A stretch of DNA of 63,592 nucleotides, counting the filler, from Licmophora abbreviata (lineage: Eukaryota), in assembly GCA_900291995.1 (NCBI GenBank). It is 10 parts of 10 records of this genome, joined end to end, with 100 filler letters (N's around TTAATTAATTAA, not from the genome) between each part and the next. Parts side by side here need not be neighbours in the genome. Positions count along the whole stretch, not along the records: positions 19,559 to 23,117 come from OLMU01003075.1; positions 23,218 to 35,762 come from OLMU01003076.1; 8 more parts are not named here. One strand, written 5' to 3'. Positions within the stretch are counted from its first letter, which is position 1. Every line of letters begins with the position of its first letter. Shown piece by piece: positions 21,278 to 32,051 of the stretch. Position numbers and translations under genes: made by a program. The notes beneath the pieces were generated by a model, which did not search any database, was not told the origin of the DNA, and worked only from the letters and a program-made list of their open reading frames with translations.

Positions 21278-22441
21278 ATGTTGATAGAAAAGGAACGAGC
21301 CTTCTTCGAGGCGACGAAAAAGGGCAATTTGGAAGATGTTCAACGCCAGAAATCCAAGAATGGAATCAATGTCAACGCCGCGGACGACTGGGGCGTGACT
21401 CCCCTCTTTCTTGCCAGTGAACGTGGACACGCACAAGTTGTTGCGTTCTTATTGAAAAGGGGCGCAAACGTCGATGCGGTTCGGAAGAATGGAATGACGG
21501 CACTCTACATTGCCTGCTGGAATGGTCACGAGGAGGTCGTTTCGCTTCTATTGGACCGCAAGGCCAATATCACTCTCGCTGAAAACACACACAAACGCAC
21601 GCCTTTATACGCTGCCACGTCTCAGGGACACATCAATGTCGTTCGACTCTTACTACAAGGCGAAAAACGCCGAAAGCCCGACGTCAATGCCTCTGGGATG
21701 ACATTCGCATGGACGCCCTTGAAGATCGCCGCCTTGCAGGGACGACAGGATATGGTGGAGCTGCTCTTGGACAATGGTGCTGCCGTCGATCAACCCAGTA
21801 CGCATGGTCGCACGGCCTTGTGGAATGCGTGTGAGGCTGGACATGCTTCTGTCGCGCAGTTGCTCCTGGACCGGGGTGCGTCGATTGATCAAGGTGACAG
21901 TGAAGGACTCACACCACTCTATGCTGCCAGTCAAAATGGAAGGTTGGAAGTCGTTCGACTCTTACTGGATCGAGGTGTGACTGTCGATGCACTTACAAAG
22001 GTTCAGACGACACCCTTGTGGATTGCTAGTGACCAAGGACACGATGAGGTGGTGCGGATGCTCTTGGACTCGGGAGCGCAAGTTGCTAGTGTGAGGCGTA
22101 CCTTTGATAATTCCACGCCCCTTTGGGTTGCCAGTTGCAACGGGCATACCGAGGTAGTGCGTCTCTTGTTGGAGCTTGCTCCTGACAGTAGCGATCATAT
22201 TGGCGTCAATGTCGCCTTGCACAAGTGGAGAGGTGGGTCAACGCCGTTGTTGGTAGCCTCCAAGAATGGCCACGAGGAGGTTGTCAAGCTCTTATTGGAG
22301 CATGGGGCAGATAAGAACCTAGCGGGATCGTACTTGAGGAGCACGCCTTTGTCTGTGGCCAAGTACAACAAACACACTGCCATTGTAAGCTTGTTGGAGG
22401 CAACGACGACGACCGGTATCGCCGCACCACCGCAGCAGTAA
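21278..22441 (+). CDS. Ankyrin-repeat protein (about 11 repeats)
   Basis: Repeated TPL..A...GH..VV.LLL..GA units; likely start MLIEKE at 21278. Confidence 0.95.
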   Translation: MLIEKERAFFEATKKGNLEDVQRQKSKNGINVNAADDWGVTPLFLASERGHAQVVAFLLKRGANVDAVRKNGMTALYIACWNGHEEVVSLLLDRKANITLAENTHKRTPLYAATSQGHINVVRLLLQGEKRRKPDVNASGMTFAWTPLKIAALQGRQDMVELLLDNGAAVDQPSTHGRTALWNACEAGHASVAQLLLDRGASIDQGDSEGLTPLYAASQNGRLEVVRLLLDRGVTVDALTKVQTTPLWIASDQGHDEVVRMLLDSGAQVASVRRTFDNSTPLWVASCNGHTEVVRLLLELAPDSSDHIGVNVALHKWRGGSTPLLVASKNGHEEVVKLLLEHGADKNLAGSYLRSTPLSVAKYNKHTAIVSLLEATTTTGIAAPPQQ

Positions 22442-22819
22442 CAGTTTGTGAGAAAGACGCCCCACCATGGTAGAATAGTACAACTTGTTTACTTGTTCTT
22501 AGCAACTTTATTACATACCTTTGACCTGCGATCGTGCAAAGTGCTCGTGTGTTTTTTGGCGCGCCGCCCGCCGAAGAAAGAAAATGTCACTGTTTGTGTC
22601 ATGACAAAAATGTAGGTGACATTCGAAGATGACCCGCCGGCGGGCCCCTTATTGTGATCATCATCATCAGTCGACATGAGAATCGTGGTGTGTCAGACAC
22701 TGGCATATGAGGACGGTAAAGACACATTGAAGGAAATGTGGTAGTAAGTTCCCAAGGCGACATCCGAGCTTAAATTTGAAGGCAGATACATGCCCTGAAA
22801 TCCCTCCCCTCTGCGTACA

Positions 22820-24139
22820 ATGAATCATCTTACGCCTACGAGTAGCATCGGTTTCGATGGTGTCGATCGGAGTATGGGCAAAGGGAGTCGACTCTTTTCC
22901 AGCGCCGGCGAGAATGAATCAAACGAGGAGGATATCATCCGCACCGCATTGCATCGCCGTAGATCAACCTCGAGCTCAGGAGACGTCCGAAGCCCAAACG
23001 ACGAGGTGCACAAGTTTCGACACCCCCTTCATGACGCAGAAGACATTAACAGCGCAATCACTCGAGCTGAGAACAAGACGCCTTCGAACTCGACCACATT
23101 TGGAAAGTTGCGAGATCNNNNNNNNNNNNNNNNNNNNNNNNNNNNNNNNNNNNNNNNNNNNTTAATTAATTAANNNNNNNNNNNNNNNNNNNNNNNNNNN
23201 NNNNNNNNNNNNNNNNNCACCCCCTTCATGACGCAGAAGACATTAGCAGCGCAATCACTCGAGCTGAGAACAAGACGCCTTCGAACTCGACCACATTTGG
23301 AAAGTTGCGAGATCAAGTCCAGCAGTGGGCTAATAGGCGTTATTCGAATACTCAATCTTCGGGTTTCCAATCAGATGCGTCGTTGTCTGACGAGAGCGAG
23401 GACTCTCGCGGGGAGGTGGACGAGGACAACTGGTTGTCGTCGGAGGGTTGGGAGAGAGCCGATGCAGCACTAATTGCCAGTGTTCACGAGACAACACGTG
23501 ATATGGAGAGCATTCTTAGACGAAAGGGGTTTGGTTCACCATTTTGGAAGGTTCACGAGGTGAGTTGCATGTGTAGAGTTTGCGGTGCTATAAGGAAGCG
23601 TTGTGAGATGCATTCGTGTAGATCGAAAATTGATCTCCGAATCTTTTATAACGCAGGTAATTCCAATGTTCCAAGGGCTTCACGATATGTTAAGACCTGA
23701 AACAGTACACATTTCATGCAGAACAGAGACCTGTGATCGGGAGTTCCTACCAAAGTATGTCTATCAACCTACGCCGTATTCCAACCAATACTCGGTGCCG
23801 GAAGCGATCTCTGCTTCCTTCGCCAAGCCTCTTTCGTCCGAAGCTGAAGTTTTCATCTCGACGTTACAAATATTCTTGAAGAATCCGTTGAGGTCTCGTC
23901 AAGGACATCAAGAGACTGACGGTATCATGCTGCACCATTGCAAAGTAGAAGCCACCGATGACAAGGGCGATCTTGAGCGCATCGACCAGTCGCCAACTGC
24001 AGCGTGGCTCACAACCCCATGGCACAGGGTGGTCTGGAGGAGGCAAGATTCTAGCAGCGCGACGACGACGACCGACCAACAAGAATATGACAGTGACGAC
24101 GTGTCCATGCCGGACGATCGCTCTCCGTGTTGCACATAA
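22820..24139 (+). CDS. Hypothetical protein spanning a false gap (2 exons)
   Basis: Collapsing the 97-bp duplicated overlap across the spacer gives one frame to 23559; intron 23560-23656 (GTGAGT..CAG); exon 2 VIPMFQG... to TAA at 24139. Confidence 0.7.
23118..23217. other. Artificial scaffold spacer between overlapping contig ends
   Basis: N44-TTAATTAATTAA-N44; 23021-23117 repeats at 23218-23314 with one mismatch. Confidence 0.97.
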
Positions 24140-24565
24140 AAAGATGGTTGATCTGATTCACAAAAGGAGCCATCATGCATCTATCATCGCACAACTGAAT
24201 CGAATCGTTCTCTCTGCGAACTCCTCAAAAATACCGTGTAATTCTTTCAAATCATCCTTTCCCTCTAGCCTCTCCCTCCTCATCTGCTGCTTCCTCCATC
24301 ATCCCAGAGGGTAGGAACATTCCTCGTCGCAGGTAGCACTGGCAGTCTTGATGCTTCAAGCATGATAGGAATGAGTTTTCTTGACGATCAGATGAAGACA
24401 GTGCAGTATTAGTAGAGTGATTCAAGGGAGAGTCGTCAGATGAGGTATTTCGCTTGTGCGATTGTCCCGACGGTCTCTTTTTCTGTTGACGCGGTTTGGT
24501 AGCGGCTCGTTTCTGGGCGCGAGAGGAGGCGGTCGTTTTGCGTGCCATTGAAAGAGAGAATCAAT

Positions 24566-24862
24566 TTACTGGGTTTTCTTATGTTCTTCCCTTGTTTCTC
24601 CAGTCATCGCGTCTTGTCCTGCTTCCACCTGACCGTCCCTCCAATGGCGTTCGATGCGAGACAAGAGCGATACGACGGCCACCAAGATTACGGAGAGCAG
24701 TCGGGTGAGGGGTGGAATAGGATCTAAAATGAACAATCCCGCTGCCACGATCAAGGTTATTTTCGCCACGTATTCAAAGGGAACGTAGGATAACAATGCA
24801 AGTAAGGATGATATCACCAAGTTGGTTCCGAGACGAGCTGGAGCGGTCGAAGACGACGCCAT
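24566..24862 (-). CDS. Small membrane protein (98 aa, 2-3 hydrophobic helices)
   Basis: LVISSLLALLSYVPF, ITLIVAAGLFILDPIPP, LLSVILVAVVSLL; good start context accATGg. Confidence 0.7.
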   Translation of the reverse strand: MASSSTAPARLGTNLVISSLLALLSYVPFEYVAKITLIVAAGLFILDPIPPLTRLLSVILVAVVSLLSRIERHWRDGQVEAGQDAMTGETREEHKKTQ

Positions 24863-25347
24863 GGTGATGTGCAGCAGTGGTGTGGATGTCTGCCTTTTGT
24901 CGAGCTGAAAATCATGTCACGAAATGGCGAGCTCTCGGAGAAACTCAAATGGAGATTGGAGCTCGAAATCGCCAGCAAGTTTGGAACGACCGCAAGCGTG
25001 TCGGAGGGAGTTCGCATGAAAGTTTGGTGAATATTTCGCAAGTACTCATGTGCTTAGTTATGTAGAACGCGCTCGGCCGTCGAAATTTCAAAAGCAGTTT
25101 CCGTTGTCGTGGTTGTGCCGGCGCTAGACAAGAGCTGCGTGGGAGCTTCGTAGGTTTTGTACCGCCAAACTCGCTTGCGACCACACTCTCTCAACGCCAC
25201 ATCGCAGTCTGTGCCCGAGAGCAACCAAGAACAAACGGGAAAGGCGCACAGCAGGCACTCTTGTCTTGCGTAAACGCACTTGCGAAGGCCTCGAACACAT
25301 CACACAAGACACGATTGTCCGTGGTTTCATTCTTGAATCAGACAAGA

Positions 25348-26978
25348 ATGTCTTTGTCTCCTTCTTCTTCCGCTCCGTCGTCTCCTGGGGGCCGACGAGA
25401 GCATGATTTGGCGGTCATGGAGTTTGATATGAGCGAGAGCGAGTCACTGTTCATGCACATGGAGGATGACGGCTTGCCTCCTCTTGAATTTTCCAGAAGC
25501 TCCAGCTCGGCCTCTTCTTCTTTCGAATCCAATACGACCTCATCAACGCCCCCCTCCGCTGCAGGGCCCTCTACCTTTACCCAGCGGCTACGACAGCGCG
25601 TCAGCAATGTCTTGCAGGCCGGAGCTCCGCCCGTACCTGAGTCATCCTCCTCCTCGCCAAGATTTAATTCCTCGCTGCCAGTCCAAGAGTCAAGACTCTC
25701 CTTTCTTATGGGGGGACCGCATGCCTTTGAACAAAACATTCCCTTTCCTCCGGGACCGGTTCCAGTACGGAAAGGAAGTGACTATGAAAAGCTTGCCAAT
25801 CATCAGTACGGCAAGACGGAAGGCGCGGATGTGGCGGCTGCTAGCACGGCGACTCGAGGCAACGAGCTCTTTACGATCCGCTCCCGCGAGCAAATTGTTC
25901 TTCATTTCCTTATTGAGCTCACCATGCTACGACGGGACGCTCTCCTTCTCTTCTCTGGGCTCGTCTTTCAGTGGCTGCACAGTGTCATTACCAACCTTGC
26001 CTATCTCAAACAAGCCAAACTCACCGCGGCGCAGCGCGTGCCGCTCAGCGATATCGCCTTCGACGCCCTCCCAGCACTCAACGGAGCGTGGTGGATTGCC
26101 TCCGAGTACCTTGTCTACGGCATGGTTATCGCTGTCACCGTCTTGATTGCCAGCATCCTCGTGGTGCGATGGAATGCGCCGCACAAACGACCGCTCTACT
26201 GCATTCCCATTTTGCGTCGCATGATGTTGACACTGGTTGTAGCGCAGGCGCTTCGTATCGTCTCCTTTATGATTACGACACTCCCCGGACCCAGTCGGCA
26301 GTGTCTGTATCATGTTCCGGAGGACATGACGGCCCAAGACATTCTGGCAGGACCAGCGCAGGACCGTGGAAATCCTGAGGGATGGTTGCCGCCCAAATCC
26401 ATGTACGATGTATTGTGGAGGATAGACGCCACCAACGGTTGTGGCGACTTGATGTTCTCAAGTCATACCATATTCACCGTCTTGTTTGTGTGTGTCGTAT
26501 TTCGGTACTTCAACTGGAATTTCGCGAAATACAGCATGGTGTGCATTCAGGTAAGAACTGACGAGATGGAAGGATGACGGCTTTGTCGCTAGTACAAGTA
26601 CCTACTAGTATACTCACTGCTCTTCTTGTGCACTTTCTACTTGTGCAGATATTTGCGGTTCCCTTTATTCTGGCGGCACACAAGCACTACTCGGTCGACG
26701 TCTTTACGGCGCTTTACGTGACTCCCCTCATCTTTCAGTTCATCAAGAGTCGGTTGCCCGACATGGATATCACTTCCGCGCGTATGGGCCAACACTATGG
26801 CGTCCGCTTTTACCGTGGATTGAATGGAGGACATGTCGTAGCGCTATTTGGGAATGAATTCTACATTGCCACAGCAGACCTACCGACGGATTTGCAAAGG
26901 CAAGAACGGGACGAACCTATGAAGGTTCTGACGGAGCATAACGTCTTGGAGAGTGAAGTAGATCCCATGATTGTATGA
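25348..26978 (+). CDS. Inositol-phosphorylceramide/sphingomyelin synthase family protein (2 exons)
   Basis: PLSDIAF, LRIVSFMITTLPGP, GCGDLMFSSH and HKHYSVDV catalytic motifs; intron 26551-26648 (GTAAGA..CAG). Confidence 0.92.
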
Positions 26979-27149
26979 CGAACCATTAATCTAGAAATGT
27001 TTCGCTTGTATTTCATGCAACAGTATCTATGTGGTCGGTGTATTACTTGTAGTTTTTGAATTTGCTTCTTTGAGTTTGTCGTCGACTGATGTGTGCAGTG
27101 GTGATATGGCGGACGAGGATGCCGACTGCCATGAAACGGCACCCAACCA

Positions 27150-28157
27150 TTAGATCAGTCCGACGGCTTCGATTTCTCTCTTGGCTGTCACGAAGATTTC
27201 GCCCAGCCAGGCAATCTGCAATATGGTCAGCCCCGACAGGCACACCATGGCACTAATCATGACCACTCGGCGCTGCTGCGCCCGCTCACTATTCCCCTTG
27301 AGTGACATCCACGAGTCGCGCATAATGTAGTACGTGACAATCGGCCACGCAAGGGTTCGGCACAGGATAAATAGTACAAAAAACGCAGCCCCAATCCCCA
27401 CTTTGGTGAATGGAAACGCATCTCCCATGCCCTTGACACCATGCTCGTCGTCAAAATTGGCCAACACGCACAGCACGGCGGTCGAGATTTCCGACAATCC
27501 GACGAAAAAGATGGCATAAAAGTGAGCGAATCCCGGAAACAAGGCTCCGTAAGACGCAATTAAGGAGGCCACGTGGTGGAAGATGAACTCCGGACCATCG
27601 CCCCAAACAATCGTATCGTATAGATTCTTGATTTGGTAAGAGAAGAAAAAGACAAGGATTCGCACAGCTGCCGGATGGCTTGTGAATAGTCGCGCGTCGT
27701 GTCCCGCGGGCGGCATGGCGCTTTGGTTGCCAAAGGTTGCTCGAACCACGTCGTAACACACATGTCGAGTCCTCCAGCCCAGGACTGCAACAATGAAACA
27801 GCTGAGTGCGTCGACGCCGACATGACGGGCCAGAATCATACGACTGGTTTCGTCTTCTAGAATCGGATGCAGATCCTGAATGGATCGAAAATGGAAAATA
27901 GTTTAGTGAGACTGACACCATGCGGGACACTGAGCATTGGCATGGATAGCAGTCGAGCTCCCCTACAAGACACACACCTTGTACTCAGAAAGCAGCAGTC
28001 GCAATGACAGTTCTACGACAATCAAAAAGGCGATTATGATGGTTCCAGTGGCGACACAGGACACTTTGTTGGGTGGCGCGCCATTGGTCTCGTAGGACTT
28101 CAAGTCAACCATGAAGAGCGGCTGCTTCGGAAGCACATCATTTTCAGGCTTACACAT
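27150..28157 (-). CDS. TLC (TRAM/LAG1/CLN8) domain membrane protein, TMEM56/TLCD-like (2 exons)
   Basis: Exon 1 28157-27978; intron 27977-27876; exon 2 from DLHPILED. Motifs FIFHH, SEIST, FILCR, LQIAW. Confidence 0.85.
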
Positions 28158-28514
28158 AGTGTGAAGGACTGTTGGTGTGGTAGATTCGACTGGTGGAAAG
28201 TGAGAAGATTCGGTTCTTGCGATCTGATATCATACGAGGACGATGATGTCGGCAGAAGGCACCGTTCGCGTCAGTTTTGGCGGGAGACCGAAACCACGTA
28301 CCATACGACGATCTACGTAGAATGCTACGTAGACGGAACAGAAACGAAAAATTGAACTCCTGATTCCCAACATCATTCCCACCTACGACTAACCTTTGAC
28401 TTGTACCGCAACTGGATCTCCTTGAGGGCCCTTAGGCTACGGCACATTACTATGCTATCGGTTCGGTACACTAAGCTAGCTCTGAGATCATATGTCATCA
28501 AACCGGTAGTCTCC

Positions 28515-29933
28515 TCAATAGCGTGGCATGCTTGGATCGCACTCTTTCTGCCATTTCATTATTCCACCCTCGAGATTGTACAGTCGATCGGGATCGACGC
28601 CACAGTCGACGAGCCGAGTGCACGCCTTCTTTCCACGTATTCCAGCCTTACAATACACAAGGACATCGCCTTCTGTCGGTACGTCCTCAACTCGCACTGT
28701 CCGGTGAGGAGAGACCCGGTCCGTAAACGGCAGGGCGACAATGTCGTGCTCGGTTTGTAGTCTGACATCCAACACCCATGGAGCCCAACCAGATGACAGC
28801 TTTTCCAGGCAGGCCTTCGGCTCGATACCATGAAATACAGGGAAATCTGACGATGTCACTTTCTCTTCTGCTTCATCCATCGTACGCCCGCCTTCGCTCT
28901 TGTCTGCGGTCGCCTTCTTGGACGATGATGCGGGCGGAATCTTAGGACCAGCACAGAATCCTTGATAGTCAATCAGATCGGTAATGGTTTCGCGATTGGC
29001 TTGTCGCTTCAAACCAACCTCATTAAACTTCATCTGAAGCGCATCAAATACCAGTACACGCCCACTGAGGAGACCTTCTTTCTTGTCCAAAATATACTTG
29101 ATCGCCTCGGTCGCCTGCAAACAACCCATGGTGCCGGGCAAAACCCCCAGCACACCTCCTTCTGCACAGCTGGGTACGTCTCCCGGTGGCGGTGGCGTCG
29201 GAAGCAAATCGCGATACGTCGGGCCCGTCCCGTCCAGGTTGAAAAAGGACAATTGTCCTTCAAAGGCGAGAATAGCCGAGTAGACCCACGGCACACCAAC
29301 AATGTCACATGCATCGTTGATCAGGTACTTGGTTGGAAAATTGTCGCTTCCATCAATCACGATATCATAAACTCGAGTCACATCGAAACCTTCTCCCAAT
29401 ATACGCATGGCCGTCTCCGAAGTAAACTCCTCTTCGTAGAGTCGCACATGTACATTTGGATTGATATCATGGATACGGTCCTTCGCCGACTGACACTTGG
29501 ACTTTCCAACGGTGGATGTTCCATGAATAATCTGACGTTGAAGATTCGACTCATCGACCACATCTCCATCGACTATACCAATGTGTCCGACTCCTGCTGC
29601 CGCCAAGTACAGTAGACAGGGCGACCCCAAGCCACCGGCGCCCACGACCAGCACAGACGCTTGTTTAAGCGCCTTTTGTCCCGCCATGCCAACATCCCCT
29701 AGGACCAAGTGTCGTGAGTAGCGAGCAATTTCGTCTTTGCTAAGATCAGAGGACGAAGAAGATAGGAAGTGACGTGATCGTGGGGGCTTTCCTTGTCTGT
29801 TTGATTGACTGGTGTGTCGGGCTGTCACTGTCGTCGACGCCCAGGAGCCATCACTAGTGATGGTGGAGAAGGAGGATACCGAGCCAATCAGTGAAAACGC
29901 GACTCCCAGTACAGCTTTCAGCGGTCGTATCAT
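28515..29933 (-). CDS. moeB: MoeB/ThiF-type adenylyltransferase fused to rhodanese (MoeZ-like), probably plastid-targeted
   Basis: RYSRHLVL, GAGGLG, SNLQRQ, DGSDNF, PSCAEGGVLGVLPG, LIDYQGFC; rhodanese LDVR..YCKAGIRG..GGIMKW..DPSMPRY. Signal peptide ending VSS-F plus Ser/Thr/Arg-rich transit. Confidence 0.92.
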   Translation of the reverse strand: MIRPLKAVLGVAFSLIGSVSSFSTITSDGSWASTTVTARHTSQSNRQGKPPRSRHFLSSSSSDLSKDEIARYSRHLVLGDVGMAGQKALKQASVLVVGAGGLGSPCLLYLAAAGVGHIGIVDGDVVDESNLQRQIIHGTSTVGKSKCQSAKDRIHDINPNVHVRLYEEEFTSETAMRILGEGFDVTRVYDIVIDGSDNFPTKYLINDACDIVGVPWVYSAILAFEGQLSFFNLDGTGPTYRDLLPTPPPPGDVPSCAEGGVLGVLPGTMGCLQATEAIKYILDKKEGLLSGRVLVFDALQMKFNEVGLKRQANRETITDLIDYQGFCAGPKIPPASSSKKATADKSEGGRTMDEAEEKVTSSDFPVFHGIEPKACLEKLSSGWAPWVLDVRLQTEHDIVALPFTDRVSPHRTVRVEDVPTEGDVLVYCKAGIRGKKACTRLVDCGVDPDRLYNLEGGIMKWQKECDPSMPRY

Positions 29934-30335
29934 TGTACAATTTGGCTTCAGCGATAGACAAAAGACACAGACGAAGCTCTAACAGCTCACAAAGAGAGTA
30001 AGATCGATGAACGTCGGCGCTGATGTAGCGGGCTCCATTATCGATCATCGCAATATACGACGACCGATTGACGCGAACGCGCGCGCTCTGCACTCACATT
30101 GGTGTTGTCCCCGTCTGTAGCACCGTCCCAGCCACAAGCAAGGCATATTGTACGCAGGTATGTGGTTCTAGAGTCCAATACGACGAACGAGTTGTTTCAT
30201 TGCTATTCTACCATAGCTAACGCCTAAGGTTAGGTTCTCTTGATACCAGTCGCTGTATGTAGTACGCCTATTACTGCGATGCCACACTTGAAGGAAGCAA
30301 AGTACACGACTATCATGATTCTTGTCTTAGTCCAA

Positions 30336-30902
30336 CTAGCTTTGTACACTTCGCTTCAGGAATCCAAGCCACGACTTCTTCTCGCTGATTGGTTGGAGAT
30401 ACGCAGTTGGATACCACCCGATTGACGCTGGCTCACCCTCTACTTTGGACGGCATTCGACACAATGCGTACACTCGTCCCGGTCCAACCATCTCTTGCAA
30501 AACTTCCACAACATCATCTTCTTGGGCTTTGAGACACTTGCTCCCTCCAATGTTAGCCTTCCGGCGTACTACACAACGAAACACCGCCGGCTTGTCCAAC
30601 CATTGATTCATTTCTTCTTCGTGCTTCCGCGCGTCTTCCTTCATACGAATGGATACCGTCTCCAAAAAGTCCGCGTTCTCTTTATCTCGCAAGTAGAGCA
30701 AGTACCTATCCACCGCCAGAATCGACAGCATGAACGTACCGGCTGCAATTTCCAAAGACCCGTTCTGGGTCAGAGTTCGCATGCGATCTCGGAAGGACGA
30801 AGAAAATTGACGATGCGGGGAGCGCAGCAACATCACTTGTCGTCGTGTCGCAGTGTGTCGTTGGACCTGTGTTGTCAGTCTGGAGATACTATATGTAAGC
30901 AT
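30336..30902 (-). CDS. Hypothetical protein: mitochondrial-type presequence, one hydrophobic helix, C-terminal SH3-like domain
   Basis: Arg-rich N-terminus ending RQFSSS; IAAGTFMLSILAV; LKAQEDDVVEVL..GWYPTAYLQPI. Confidence 0.75.
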   Translation of the reverse strand: MLTYSISRLTTQVQRHTATRRQVMLLRSPHRQFSSSFRDRMRTLTQNGSLEIAAGTFMLSILAVDRYLLYLRDKENADFLETVSIRMKEDARKHEEEMNQWLDKPAVFRCVVRRKANIGGSKCLKAQEDDVVEVLQEMVGPGRVYALCRMPSKVEGEPASIGWYPTAYLQPISEKKSWLGFLKRSVQS

Positions 30903-31706
30903 CCTTTCTCTCTTTGTTATTCAATCGGTACCGCGGGTATGAAACAGCGGTGCTATTCCAATCAGACCTATGAAAAGAAAGCAATCGCCATGGAAGTAAC
31001 GCGAGTGTTGTCTTATGAAGCTGACGCGGTGTGAAGGCGCGAGATTCATTCGATTCATCGACCGCGCGGAGTCATGCGCAGCTTCTTCTCCTAGTTCGGC
31101 GGAGGGCCTTCTTGTCTCTCTTGAATGAGCTTCTGCGATCGAAGAGTCTAGGATCGGTGGCTATGGCAGGAGCATGGAAGCAGACCGTCGTAGTGAACGT
31201 GGACGCATCAGTCTTTCGACTCGCAGTAGTAGGAGATACACAGATGGTATCATTCGGTCCAGATTCTATCGAAGAAGGACGAGGAGTTTTGGCGCAGGGC
31301 TATCCATGTCGGACAAACTCGCCATTGGAAGTGGCCTCCAGGATTGTGTCGAGTGAGGAAACAGTACCGGGCATGATAGAGTGTTTAAGCTCGATCAGTG
31401 AGCTATCAATGGTAGAACACGAAGTTTAGCTACTCTACTAGCTAGGTAGTGAGGCTCAAATTTTGTACTCCTAGTAGTTAACGGAGGCAAGTAGCTGAGG
31501 CCACGTAGATAGTACTCGGAGTAGGAAATAAACGACGACAGCACCGGGGTCAGATACGATAGATTTGTCGTACGGCATGATCGCCATGTTGAATTGAGAA
31601 GACGACTGTACCAGTGCGACGAATTTGCTCAAGCTATCATAGCTAGCAGCTAGGTCTACAATAGCTTTGGAATTTTGTTGTAGTAAATCTACGAAGTACC
31701 ACGGCG

Positions 31707-31786
31707 CTACTATGGTCCCAAGACTAAACTGGCAGCGCACGAACGAATGAATGGCCAGGGGCGCACCCAAACCAAAGCGATACCCG
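31707..31786 (-). repeat. Non-coding repeat, copy 1 (inverted relative to 34166-34292)
   Basis: Reverse complement of 31759-31786 matches 34166-34193 at 26/28; reverse complement of 31707-31738 matches 34261-34292 at 30/32. Confidence 0.85.
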
Positions 31787-32051
31787 GAGACGAACGTAGC
31801 TGACACATTTCCATCAATCTCGTTCGCCTCGCCGACACATTTTGAGTCGAAACAAGCGGGGCGTGTGCTTCAATCTCTCGAGTACCGAGTATCTAAACCT
31901 AATCTTGCGCGTTTGTTATTGGTCTTGGTTGTGATCTTGCTTCGATGACAAAACATGACAACATCACACGAATACACAAAGATATCAGTACGGCAGAACA
32001 ATCGACGATACCAACCCTTTCAGCTACTGAACGAAGAAAGCATATCACCCA

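Noticed and set aside
27150..28157. Calling the TLC gene a ceramide synthase
   Set aside because: Lacks the LAG1 motif context (RKD..HH..HD.SD); it has HH and E-x-ST typical of TMEM56/TLCD.
28962..29615. 217-aa plus-strand ORF
   Set aside because: Antisense shadow of the MoeB gene.
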